From Deltaproteobacteria bacterium (GTDB lineage: Bacteria; Desulfobacterota; Desulfuromonadia; Desulfuromonadales; JAAYDE01), in the NCBI GenBank assembly GCA_012729375.1, contig JAAYDE010000100.1, forward strand, positions 10,414-74,413: DNA of 64,000 nt, given 5' to 3'. The notes under the pieces are model-generated. The model was not told where the DNA came from. It was given only the letters and a program-made list of their open reading frames with translations, and made no database searches. The translations under genes were made by a program, and so were the position numbers. The first letter of the stretch is position 1; each line of letters starts with the position of its first letter. This document shows, piece by piece, positions 41,572 to 50,832 of this stretch.

Positions 41572-42746
41572 CCTGGACGACGCCGGCCGAGCTGCGCTCC
41601 CAGGTCCAGAAATGGTATGACCGCGGGATCCTGCTGGCGGCCTTGGCCGAAAACGGAGAAGAGTTCCCACGCCGGCTGAATCTCCGGGGTCCGACCTCCC
41701 GTGACCTTGGGGAGCGTTTTGGCGAGGTTCGCGACTGGATTGCGAACCTCCAGGAGGGAGCCAAGTTTTACCGCATCGAGTGGCGCCGCATCCGGCATCG
41801 GGTTCTCGGCGCCAATTCGGTGCCCGCGGAAGTCTGGGTCGATTCCCTGGAAGACGCCCTGGCCATGATCGGCCGCCGCCGGCAGGCGGAGCGTTTTTCC
41901 GACTTGCTGGCAACGACCGCGGAACGCCTCCCGGAGCTGCGCCCCTGGCTGGCCAAGAGGCCCCTCCGGGCCCTGGAACTGGCTGACGATTGGATGCTCC
42001 TTATCGATATCGTAATCTGGCTGCGCCATCATCCGCGGCCCGCAATCTACCTGCGCCAGGTAGACCTTCCCGGAGTGGACAGCAAGTTCATTGAAAGACA
42101 CCGTGGGGTTCTGGCCGAACTTTTCGATCTGGTCCTTCCCTCCGCGGCTGTTGGCGCCGATGCCGGCGGGGTCAGCGGTTTTTGCCGCCGCTACGGCTTC
42201 CGTGACAAGCCGGTGCGGGTGCGGTTGCGCCTCCTCGACCCCGACCTGGCATTGTTCCCCACGGCCACCGATCAGGACATCACGATCACCGCCGACACGT
42301 TTGTCGCCCTGGAAACGGCGGCGACCCGGGTCTTTATCACCGAAAACGAGATCAATTTTCTCGCCTTTCCGCCCGTAAAACAGGGCATGGTTCTGTTCGG
42401 CTCCGGCTACGGCTTTGAAACCCTGGCCGGCGCGGCCTGGCTGCAAAAACGGGAACTCCTTTACTGGGGGGATATCGATACCCACGGTTTTGCCATCCTC
42501 GACCAGTTCCGGGCTTATTTCCCAAACGCCCGCTCCTTTCTCATGGATCGGGAAACCCTGCTGGCCCATCGCCTTTGCTGGGGGAAGGAACCGCAACCCG
42601 AAACCCGGGACCTCAAACGGCTGACGGAGGAGGAGCAGGCCCTCTACGACGATCTGCGCGCCGACCGCCTGGGGTGCCGGCTGCGCCTGGAACAGGAGAA
42701 GATCGGTTTTTCCTGGCTGCAAAGGGCGCTGGCCGATCTGCCTTGA
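41568..42746 (+). CDS. jetD: Wadjet JetD TOPRIM nuclease (DUF3322+DUF2220)
   Basis: [41 protein letters not shown]; ATGA overlap with jetC. Confidence 0.93.
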   Translation: MTWTTPAELRSQVQKWYDRGILLAALAENGEEFPRRLNLRGPTSRDLGERFGEVRDWIANLQEGAKFYRIEWRRIRHRVLGANSVPAEVWVDSLEDALAMIGRRRQAERFSDLLATTAERLPELRPWLAKRPLRALELADDWMLLIDIVIWLRHHPRPAIYLRQVDLPGVDSKFIERHRGVLAELFDLVLPSAAVGADAGGVSGFCRRYGFRDKPVRVRLRLLDPDLALFPTATDQDITITADTFVALETAATRVFITENEINFLAFPPVKQGMVLFGSGYGFETLAGAAWLQKRELLYWGDIDTHGFAILDQFRAYFPNARSFLMDRETLLAHRLCWGKEPQPETRDLKRLTEEEQALYDDLRADRLGCRLRLEQEKIGFSWLQRALADLP

Positions 42747-43140
42747 ATTGGTTTTCCGTTAACTGCCGCCGGGGATAGGGCGACCAGCCATGGCGAGCCT
42801 CCCGGACCAAGGTTGAAAGCCCTGGGTGCCCACCGATCTCCCTGCTTGGGGGGGCGCGATGCCCATCTTTATCGCCGCCAGTAAAACCTCCGCCATGAGC
42901 TGACCGACTCCTGTTTCAAACCTGGGATTTCGCGGCGTCTCTGCTAAAATGTCATTCTGGTTATCGAGAAGTGAGAAGAGGGGCGTCTGAAGAGCCGCTC
43001 CATCGCCGCCGGTCAGCGCGAGCTGCATGGGGGGAAATCTACCCGTTCCCTTCGCCAGGATTGCCGAGGCTTTTTTATCCATCCCATATTCCAGATCAAA
43101 AGGGAAGTCGGTTTCAGAAGCCTTCCCGAAAGGAGGAGAA

Positions 43141-44766
43141 GTGAGTAACGCCACCAAGACAGCCGCTCTGTTTCCCGCGCCGGAAAAAATCCCCCAAGCC
43201 TTTCGCATTGCTCAGTCCGTGGAGCAGAAGGAGTACCTTGTCGGCGGGGAAATTTGTTTTTGGCATGGACCCTGCGAAGAGGTTCATTCGCCGGTGTGTC
43301 TGGCTACGGGTTCGGGTCTGGAAGAAACGCGAATCGGCAGTTATCCCCTTTTGACCGAGGAGGAAGCCCTCGCCGCTTTGACGGCGGCTTGCCGGGCCTA
43401 TGACCATGGCCGGGGCCGATGGCCGACCATGGCCGTGGAAGACCGCATCCGTCACCTGGAAGACTTCGCCTACCGCATGAAGGAAAAGCGTGACGAGGTG
43501 ATCCGCCTGCTGATGTGGGAGATCGGCAAGAGCCTGGCGGATTCCGGCAAGGAATTCGACCGCACCGTCGATTATATCCTCGATACCATCGATGCCCTCA
43601 AGGATCTGGACCGGGCCGGGTCGAGATTCGTTATCGACCAGGGGGTTATCGGCCAGATCCGCCGGGCGCCCCTGGGCGTCGTGCTGTGCATGGGGCCTTT
43701 CAACTATCCCCTGAACGAAACCTTCACCACGCTCATTCCGGCCTTGATCATGGGCAATACGGTCATCTTCAAGCCACCCAAGCACGGAGTTCTGCTCCAT
43801 CGGCCGCTGCTCGAGGCCTTTCGCGATTCCTTTCCGCCGGGGGTCGTCAATACCGTTTACGGTGACGGCGCGACCGTCGTCGGGCCGCTCATTAAATCCG
43901 CCAAAATCGATGTGCTGGCCTTTATCGGCACCAGCCGTGTCGGCGACCTTCTAAAAAAGCAGCACCCCAAACCCCATCGGCTGCGCTGCGTCCTCGGTCT
44001 GGAAGCCAAAAACCCCGCCATCATTCTCGCTGATGCCGATCTCGATCTTACCGTCCGGGAGTGTGTTCTCGGCGCCCTTTCCTATAACGGCCAGCGCTGC
44101 ACCGCCCTGAAGCTGCTTTTCGTCCACAGCAGCATTGCCGAGGCATTCCTGGACAAACTCGGCGCCGCAGTGGAGGCGTTGACACCGGGCATGCCCTGGG
44201 AGGAGGGGGTTCAGATCACCCCCTTGCCGGAGAGGGGGAAAACCGCCTACCTCAGCGAGTTGATCGAAGATGCAAGAAAGCAGGGCGCCGCGGTGGTCAA
44301 CGCCAGCGGTGGGCTGGTCAACCGCACCTTCATGTTCCCGGCGGTCCTTTATCCGGTCACTCCGGAAATGCGGATTTTCAAGGAGGAGCAGTTCGGTCCT
44401 CTTGTCCCCGTGGTTTTTTACGATGACATCGAGGAGCCGCTGCGTTATGTCACCGAGTCGGATTACGGTCAGCAGGTGAGCATTTTCGGCACCGATCCGG
44501 AGCTCATCGCCGCCCTGATCGATCCGCTGGTAAACCAGGTCTGCCGGGTCAATATCAACAGCCAGTGTCAGCGCGGACCCGACACCTTCCCGTTTACGGG
44601 ACGGAAGGACTCGGCCGAGGGAACCCTTTCGGTTTCCGACGCGCTGCGGGTTTTTTCCATTCGCACCATGGTGGCGGCCAAGGAGACCGACCTCAACAAA
44701 CAGATCATCACCACGGTGACCCGCCACCGCAAATCCCGCTTCCTTTCCACCAATTTTCTGCTCTGA
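43141..44766 (+). CDS. gapN: Non-phosphorylating NADP-dependent glyceraldehyde-3-phosphate dehydrogenase-like aldehyde dehydrogenase
   Basis: AGGAGGA RBS with GTG start; GPFNYPLNE, LGLEAKNP, YNGQRCTA, EEQFGP, QRGPDTFPFTGRKDS. Confidence 0.8.
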   Translation: MSNATKTAALFPAPEKIPQAFRIAQSVEQKEYLVGGEICFWHGPCEEVHSPVCLATGSGLEETRIGSYPLLTEEEALAALTAACRAYDHGRGRWPTMAVEDRIRHLEDFAYRMKEKRDEVIRLLMWEIGKSLADSGKEFDRTVDYILDTIDALKDLDRAGSRFVIDQGVIGQIRRAPLGVVLCMGPFNYPLNETFTTLIPALIMGNTVIFKPPKHGVLLHRPLLEAFRDSFPPGVVNTVYGDGATVVGPLIKSAKIDVLAFIGTSRVGDLLKKQHPKPHRLRCVLGLEAKNPAIILADADLDLTVRECVLGALSYNGQRCTALKLLFVHSSIAEAFLDKLGAAVEALTPGMPWEEGVQITPLPERGKTAYLSELIEDARKQGAAVVNASGGLVNRTFMFPAVLYPVTPEMRIFKEEQFGPLVPVVFYDDIEEPLRYVTESDYGQQVSIFGTDPELIAALIDPLVNQVCRVNINSQCQRGPDTFPFTGRKDSAEGTLSVSDALRVFSIRTMVAAKETDLNKQIITTVTRHRKSRFLSTNFLL

Positions 44767-44862
44767 GGGGGGACGAAAGAACCGCGGCCGGGGAACGGGA
44801 AGAGGGGACGGCAAGAAATCCCCTGGCCGCATCCGCAGGGTTGGCGAGGGGTCGAACCGGCA

Positions 44863-45543
44863 TCAAGGCTGGACGTGAACGGTTCCTGCGGCGTCCCAGG
44901 CCTGCTGCCAGAAAGCGATTTCACATTGGATGCCGGCGACGAAGGCGCGGACCGCCTCATCCTGTTCCGCTTTCTCCTTGCCCGGGGCCCAGCGATTCAG
45001 GCACGCGATCCATTGTTCGGCCATTTCCTGCACGGCCGGGTCGGCGTACAGGTCCAGCCAGAGGCGGTAGGGATGGTGCGGGTCGGCGGTGCTTTCCATA
45101 AGCGCCAGCCGCCGCCCCACCTCCGCGTAGAGGACGGTGCAGGGAGTGGCGGCGGCGAGGGCGACCAGTTCCCAGTCATGCCCGACGGCGTCGCTTTCCT
45201 GCTCCATATAGGCTGTCGTGGCGGCCGCGGGGGCTTCATCCACCCAGGGCAACCGGAGCTGCTTGAACAGCTGCTCCTGAATGCCCAGTTCCGCCTCTTC
45301 GGAAATCCCGGCCGAGTATTCGAAAAGAAGCCGATCTTCTTCCGACCGGGCACGGGCGGCGAGGGCCCGGCACACCCGCACGTAATTCCGCAGATACCAA
45401 CCATCCTGAAGCAGATAGTGCTGCATCTGCCTGGGGGTCAAGGCGCCGGCGGCCAGGCCCTTTACGAAGGGATGGGTCGCGGCCTGCTCCCAAAGGGGGC
45501 CGCAGGCCGCCACGCAGCGCTGGTAGAATGATTGCTCAGCCAT
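44863..45543 (-). CDS. tenA: TenA thiaminase II / aminopyrimidine aminohydrolase
   Basis: [17 protein letters not shown] catalytic Cys, HPY..WLDLY, EIAFW. Confidence 0.85.
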   Translation of the reverse strand: MAEQSFYQRCVAACGPLWEQAATHPFVKGLAAGALTPRQMQHYLLQDGWYLRNYVRVCRALAARARSEEDRLLFEYSAGISEEAELGIQEQLFKQLRLPWVDEAPAAATTAYMEQESDAVGHDWELVALAAATPCTVLYAEVGRRLALMESTADPHHPYRLWLDLYADPAVQEMAEQWIACLNRWAPGKEKAEQDEAVRAFVAGIQCEIAFWQQAWDAAGTVHVQP

Positions 45544-45581
45544 GAATATCGTCGAAACGGTTGAACCCCTTTATCCCGAAA

Positions 45582-46283
45582 TCAGGGTTTTACGGCGCAC
45601 ACCGCCACGTAGTCGCCGGATTGATAGCCCTCGATCGGGTCTTCCGGGGTGGTATCGGAAAAACAGGGATGGCGGGTCAAAGTCTGCATGAAAGTGAAGC
45701 CGGTGAAGCCGGCTTTCAGAGCGGCGTCGATCTTGTCCTGGGTCGGCCGCCAGTTGGCGCCGCCGGCCAGTTCGACGGGGTAGGGATCCCTGGGCAGAAT
45801 GCCGCGCAGACGGGGATCCTCCCAGGTACCATAGGCGCCGCCAAGGCGGTACAGAATTCCGAACGAACTTTCCGCCGGAACATCGATCAGCAAAACCCTG
45901 CCACCGCTTTTCAGCAGGCGATAGGCTTCGGCGACGGCGGCATCCAGGTCGGCGATGTATCCGGGGGAGCCGTTGAACATGACCGTGTCGTAGGCTCCGT
46001 TTTCCAGGGGCATTTTTTCGGCGCCGGCCGCAACTACCCTCATCCCCCGTTTGCGGGCGATCTCCCCCATGGGCGCGGAAGGTTCCAGACCTTCGCTGAT
46101 GGAGATGCCGTAACGGCTTCGCAGCAACTGTTCAAACAGGCCCGTGCCGCAGCCGACGCTCAAGGTCCGGCCGGGGTTTTCCCCCAAAACCTGGGCCACC
46201 AGCCTGAGTTCTGATTCCAAAACCGTTTCGTTTCTTTGGAACCACGCATCATAGATATCGGAATATTCATCAAAGGTGATCAT
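45582..46283 (-). CDS. Class I SAM-dependent methyltransferase
   Basis: YDAWF, SVGCGTGLFE, GLEPS, AEKMP, AYRLLKSGG. Confidence 0.88.
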   Translation of the reverse strand: MITFDEYSDIYDAWFQRNETVLESELRLVAQVLGENPGRTLSVGCGTGLFEQLLRSRYGISISEGLEPSAPMGEIARKRGMRVVAAGAEKMPLENGAYDTVMFNGSPGYIADLDAAVAEAYRLLKSGGRVLLIDVPAESSFGILYRLGGAYGTWEDPRLRGILPRDPYPVELAGGANWRPTQDKIDAALKAGFTGFTFMQTLTRHPCFSDTTPEDPIEGYQSGDYVAVCAVKP

Positions 46284-46378
46284 CTTCTCTCTCGCGATCA
46301 AAAAAGAAAAAGTAGCAACTGCCTGAAACCACGGTGCCGGCGGCGGCCGGAAGCCGCCCACCAACGAGCCGGTTTGAC

Positions 46379-46407
46379 CTTGTAATTCAGTAAGGTTTTT
46401 CTGTCAA
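46379..46407 (-). promoter_or_regulatory. Candidate sigma-70 promoter for methyltransferase-tenA
   Basis: TTGACA-N17-TACAAG. Confidence 0.45.
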
Positions 46408-46469
46408 CACAAAACCATTCACGAAGGTCGCTTATCGGGAGAGATTGGTCGATCCGGCGGCATCTTCGG

Positions 46470-48182
46470 TCAAAGCAAAAAAGAAATGAAGGAGTACCCC
46501 GAAATCTCGATGTGTTTCACATCGCGGGCGTATGTTGAAAAGAGGATCATGCCGAGTTGCTTGAGCTCTTCCGGGCGGGCATGAAAAAAGCTGTCCGGCA
46601 TGGCGAAATTGTTTATATCGTCCATATGGTGTCCGCAGATCGCTTCGGTGAAATAGCCGTCCTCGGTTTTCGAAATGCGGAAGGTGAGGGAGCATTCCTC
46701 GTCATCCGGTTTTTCGCCGACCATGTAGCAGAACACCTCCTCACAGCACAACGACAGGCGGCTCAGGGTCATGTCGGAGATGGCAAGCTTCTTTTGTCCC
46801 CCTTCCAGGAGGGCTTGGACCTTGGGCAGTTCGTCGATTCGCGCCTGGAATGTTCCCTGTAGACGTTTTTTGGGCGTCAGATAGGCCACCGTGCTCAGGA
46901 ACAGGGCGGTGAAGCCGCCGATGGCAACGCTGTTTTGGAGTACCGGGGCCAGGGTGTCCGGCACGACGCCGGGAAAGTAGGTTCCGCTTTCGGCGACCAG
47001 TCCGACGGTCAATGAAAGACCGAGGATGAGGCCGTGCTGGTTGTCGAAGCGGTTCATGGTCACCAGACCGATGCCGGCATGGAAGAGCAGAGAAACAATA
47101 ACGATGAGGAACCCGCCCATAACGGGCGGCGGCATGTCGAGAATGATGGCGCTGACCTTGGGCATGAAGGCCAGCAGCAGGAGAATCCCGGCGCCGCAGG
47201 TGCCGATACGCCGGGAAGCGACGCCGGTGATGTGGATGAGCGGCAGGTTGTCGCAATAGAGGGAGGGTACGGCGGTGCCGAAAAGACCCCCGGCAATCTT
47301 GCTCAGACCGTCGCAGTAGAGCCCCGCCTGCACCTGATTGTAGGCGACCCGCCGAAAATCGCGGTTGGAGAGCTGTTGCACCAGCATCAGGTTGCCGGTG
47401 TTTTCGATCATGCTGGCCATCATGGCCATGGCGAAGGCGAAAACCAGCGGCAGATGCTGGGAGGTGATGTTGAACTCGATTCCCGGCCAGGCCATCGGCG
47501 GCAATCCGAACCAGGGGGCGCGCAGGGTGTGTTCGAAATGGGTCTGCCCCGCCAGAAAGGCGGCGCCGTAACCTGTCGCCAGGGAGAGGATGGGACTCCA
47601 CAGTTTCAGCTTCGTCGAGCCGAAAAGCATGAACAGGGTCAGGGTCAGCGCGGTCAATCCGCCGATAGCGAGTTTGGCGAGGGTCATCTGCTTCGAGCCG
47701 CCGGCGGGACCGGCCCATATCTCCAGGGCGATGGGCACCATGGAGACAGCGATAAGCAGGATGACGACCCCGCCCACGGCCGGGGTGATGATGTGGCGGA
47801 AAAAACGGATGAAAAAGGTGTAGAGAAAAATGATGGGAACGGTGAGCAGGGTCATGGCGGCCAGGGTGCCGAAGCCCCCCATCTTCACCGCGTCCAGGGA
47901 ACAGATCAGGAAGGCGCTGTAGGAACCGGTGAAGAGGATGAAGCCCGCGCCGATGCCGAATTGCCGGCGGCTTTGCAGATAGGTGAAGGCGGCGGCGATG
48001 AGAATGATGGCGAAGGTGGTGAATTGCAGGGTGTCGGGGGCCAGGGCGAGGGTCTTGCCGAGCACGTTGGGGATGAAAATGATGCCGTCGAAGATGACCA
48101 GCACATGGGTGAGAGCCAGCGCCATGGAAAGCAAAAGGGGTGGATTTTCGTTGACATCGTATTTCAGTTCGCTGTTCTGCAT
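46470..48182 (-). CDS. NCS2 (uracil/xanthine) permease fused to a C-terminal RsbW-like HATPase domain
   Basis: YDVNENPP start, multiple TM segments, PAVGGVVILLIA, APWFGLP, TGVASRR, PPVMGG; extra ~135-aa soluble tail at 46470-46877. Confidence 0.85.
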   Translation of the reverse strand: MQNSELKYDVNENPPLLLSMALALTHVLVIFDGIIFIPNVLGKTLALAPDTLQFTTFAIILIAAAFTYLQSRRQFGIGAGFILFTGSYSAFLICSLDAVKMGGFGTLAAMTLLTVPIIFLYTFFIRFFRHIITPAVGGVVILLIAVSMVPIALEIWAGPAGGSKQMTLAKLAIGGLTALTLTLFMLFGSTKLKLWSPILSLATGYGAAFLAGQTHFEHTLRAPWFGLPPMAWPGIEFNITSQHLPLVFAFAMAMMASMIENTGNLMLVQQLSNRDFRRVAYNQVQAGLYCDGLSKIAGGLFGTAVPSLYCDNLPLIHITGVASRRIGTCGAGILLLLAFMPKVSAIILDMPPPVMGGFLIVIVSLLFHAGIGLVTMNRFDNQHGLILGLSLTVGLVAESGTYFPGVVPDTLAPVLQNSVAIGGFTALFLSTVAYLTPKKRLQGTFQARIDELPKVQALLEGGQKKLAISDMTLSRLSLCCEEVFCYMVGEKPDDEECSLTFRISKTEDGYFTEAICGHHMDDINNFAMPDSFFHARPEELKQLGMILFSTYARDVKHIEISGYSFISFLL

Positions 48183-48235
48183 GGTCTGCGGTTTCTCTTT
48201 TTATCCTTGCCTTGAAAAACATTCGTCGGCCGTGA

Positions 48236-48568
48236 TTACCCTTCGATCTCCGCCAGATTCTCCACAATGGTGAACATGGACTGAAATCCGGAGATTTTAA
48301 AGACCTCCTTCACCATGCCGGAAAGACCGCAAAAGCGCAGGTTTCCTCCTTTTCCCCTGAGTTTTTTGGCGGCGGAAAGGATGCTGCGCAGCCCGGCAGA
48401 GCTGATGTAGTCCAAGGCGGAGAGCTCGGCGACGATGTCGATTTTCCCCTTCTGCATCAGTGCCTGGCAGGTTTTTTCAAAATCAGGTGCGGTAACCGCG
48501 TCCATCCTCCCGGTGACGGTAACCAGCGTCAGGTTTCCCTTTTCTTGGCAGCCCATGGTTAGACTCAT
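48236..48568 (-). CDS. STAS anti-sigma-factor antagonist (SpoIIAA/RsbV-like)
   Basis: GRMDAVTAPDFE, LDYISSAGLRSIL, VKEVFKISGF; AAGGA RBS; 110 aa. Confidence 0.92.
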   Translation of the reverse strand: MSLTMGCQEKGNLTLVTVTGRMDAVTAPDFEKTCQALMQKGKIDIVAELSALDYISSAGLRSILSAAKKLRGKGGNLRFCGLSGMVKEVFKISGFQSMFTIVENLAEIEG

Positions 48569-48677
48569 TGTTTTTTCCTTTCTCTGTGTTTCCAAAATAT
48601 GGGACGGCAGGCATGGTCTTAACGTTCGATGGCGCCGCTCCATCGGCAAAAATGTTGATGGTGCGGCGAACTCTGGT

Positions 48678-48706
48678 AACATACTGGCGAGGTTGTCAAC
48701 TTGCAA
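48678..48706 (-). promoter_or_regulatory. Candidate sigma-70 promoter for the STAS-permease pair
   Basis: TTGCAA-N17-TATGTT, about 110 bp upstream of the STAS ATG. Confidence 0.45.
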
Positions 48707-48749
48707 CCCGTCTCTTCCGTGAAGGCCGGCACGGTCCATCTGTTGACCG

Positions 48750-49982
48750 CTACAGCAGCAAGGCGGCCACGGCGCCGGTCATGCAGGCGGCGAGCGTGCC
48801 GGACAAAAGGGAACGCAGGCCCAGGGCGACGATTTCCTGGCGGCGCTGCGGAGCCATGGCCCCCATGCCGCCGATCATGATGCCCAGGCTCCCCGGGTTG
48901 GCAAATCCGCAGAGGGCGTAACTCATCACCACCAGGCTCTTTGGGCTCAAAGCTTCCGGCGCGAGTTGGGACATCTGCAGATAGGCGACGAATTCGTTGA
49001 CCATGGTTTTTACCCCGAGAAGAGATCCGGCGGTCATCGTTTCCCGCCAGGGAATGCCGATCAGCCAGGTGACCGGCGCGAAGAGTAATCCCGCCAGCCT
49101 CTCCAGCGTCATTGGTGCGCCGGTCCAGGGGAGGATTCCCAGGATCAGGTTGATCAACTCCACCAGGGCGACCATGACAATCATCATGGCGACGATATGG
49201 ATGAGCAGCTGCACCCCCTGCGCCGTGCCCTGGGTGATGGCGTCCATGCTGCCGTTGACCCCGGTTTCCGGCTCCAGGGCGCCGTCGGTGACCGGATTCT
49301 GCTCGGGGACCATGACCTTGGCGATCAGCACCGCCGCCGGGGCACTGATCAGCGAGGCGGTCAGGATATGCCCCATGATGTTGGGAACCAGGCCTTTGAG
49401 CAGGGTGGCGTAGAGCACCATCACCGTGCCGGCAATCGTCGCCATGCCCGTGGTCATCAGGGTGAAGAGCTCGCTGCGGGTCATCTTCTGCAGGTAGGGG
49501 CGGATGAACAGGGGGGATTCGACCATGCCCACGAAGATGTTGGCGGCCACTCCCAGGCCTTCGGCTCCCCCCAGGGACAAGGTTTTGCGCAGGCACAGGG
49601 AAAAGAAATTGACGATGCGCGGCAGGACGTTCCAGTAAAAGAGCAGGGAAGAGAGGGCACTGATCAAAAGGACCATGGGCAATCCGCGAAAGGCGAGAAG
49701 GTAGGCGGCGCCGGAGAAAGGTTCGGGAAAGGGCAGGGGGCCGCCGCCGAGATAGCCGAAGACGACGGTGGTGCCGGCTTTGGTTGCCTTTTCGAGGATG
49801 GTCACGGCGGAATTGAGCCACAGAAAAGCGGTCTGGAAAATCTCCAGATTGAGCAACAGGAAAGCGGTCACGAACTGCAGGGCCAGGCCCGTGGCCACCA
49901 CCTTCCAGGGAAAACGTTTCCGGTTTTCACTGAAAAGCCAGGCGATAAGGATAAAAACGATCAACCCGCAAAGACTCTGCAC
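48750..49982 (-). CDS. nupC: Concentrative nucleoside transporter (CNT/NupC)
   Basis: FSENRK, ANIFVGMVESPL, GMATIAG, NEFVAY, YALCGFAN. Confidence 0.9.
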   Translation of the reverse strand: MQSLCGLIVFILIAWLFSENRKRFPWKVVATGLALQFVTAFLLLNLEIFQTAFLWLNSAVTILEKATKAGTTVVFGYLGGGPLPFPEPFSGAAYLLAFRGLPMVLLISALSSLLFYWNVLPRIVNFFSLCLRKTLSLGGAEGLGVAANIFVGMVESPLFIRPYLQKMTRSELFTLMTTGMATIAGTVMVLYATLLKGLVPNIMGHILTASLISAPAAVLIAKVMVPEQNPVTDGALEPETGVNGSMDAITQGTAQGVQLLIHIVAMMIVMVALVELINLILGILPWTGAPMTLERLAGLLFAPVTWLIGIPWRETMTAGSLLGVKTMVNEFVAYLQMSQLAPEALSPKSLVVMSYALCGFANPGSLGIMIGGMGAMAPQRRQEIVALGLRSLLSGTLAACMTGAVAALLL

Positions 49983-50009
49983 CCGGTCCTTGCTCCCTTA
50001 GGTTTATGG

Positions 50010-50468
50010 TTAAAGAAACCGCCGAAAGGCGGGGAAGTTTTCCCCGAGGTTCCTGGTCAGGTCGGGACAATCGGTCAAAAAATTGAAATCCTCGAACTCG
50101 AAACCGGGCGCCACGGTACACCCCACCAAGCTGTAGTCCCCCAGCGATTCCGCGGCCTGGAAAAGGCCTCCCTCCACCACTGCGGCGTAACCGGTGCCTG
50201 GTCCAAGAATCCGCTGTTGAATTCCCGTTCCGTCAAAGGACACCAGGCGCAGGGGTGATCCCTCGTAAAAATTCCAGATTTCGTCATGGCGGAGCCTGTG
50301 AAAGCGGCTGACTTCCCCCTGTAAAAGCAGAAAGTAGATATGGGTCACCGCCTGGCGTCGGAGCCCCGTTGCCGGGGCATCCACCGCTTGCCGGGAACAG
50401 TGGATCCGCTTGAAATATCCTCCTTCCGGGTGCGGGGCCAAACCATAACTGCGGATCAGTTTGTGCAC
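50010..50468 (-). CDS. DUF985 cupin protein
   Basis: HPEGGYF, THIYFLL, FHRL..DEIW, GCTVAPGFEFEDF; GTG start after AGGAG. Confidence 0.88.
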   Translation of the reverse strand: MHKLIRSYGLAPHPEGGYFKRIHCSRQAVDAPATGLRRQAVTHIYFLLLQGEVSRFHRLRHDEIWNFYEGSPLRLVSFDGTGIQQRILGPGTGYAAVVEGGLFQAAESLGDYSLVGCTVAPGFEFEDFNFLTDCPDLTRNLGENFPAFRRFL

Positions 50469-50832
50469 GGTTTTTCTTTCTCCTGGATTTTGGCGCCGCA
50501 ACGGAATCCGGAAAGGCGTTCCGGCAGGCTGTCAAAAAAAACGGCACCTTTGGCCCTTAGAGGGTCGCTCGGGTTTTCCAAATGCCCACAGATCTTTTTA
50601 ACCGCTCGCTGGAGATGCTGAAGGGAGGGTAACTCTTCGCCGGTCAATAATCAAGAAGGAGAGCCCGGCGGGATCAAGAGTCTCTTTCATCCCCCCGAAA
50701 AAAACCTGTTTTGGAAAGATTTGCCGGTGTCGTGAAAAATTTTTGAAACGTGCCATAATTAAAGACAAAGAGTCCTCAACCGGGGATATTCCCGTTTCCG
50801 CCAAAGCGTTCAACCATGAAAGGAGGTAAACC

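Noticed and set aside
39715-41913. Long antisense or alternative-frame ORFs (e.g. 39715-41913, 54645-57107, 61328-63574, 52958-54673, 46741-48267)
   Set aside because: They are shadow ORFs of well-supported genes in GC-rich DNA, with no motifs and biased composition.
42747-43140. Intergenic region after jetD as an ncRNA or island attachment site
   Set aside because: Only imperfect hairpins are present; I could not identify a tRNA, a known RNA motif or a direct repeat matching the left island border.
50520-50650. Possible riboswitch or second ANTAR site upstream of cupin-nupC
   Set aside because: There is only one weak AAAGGT-loop hairpin before a T-run; no paired second hexaloop and no purine or xanthine aptamer consensus recognised.
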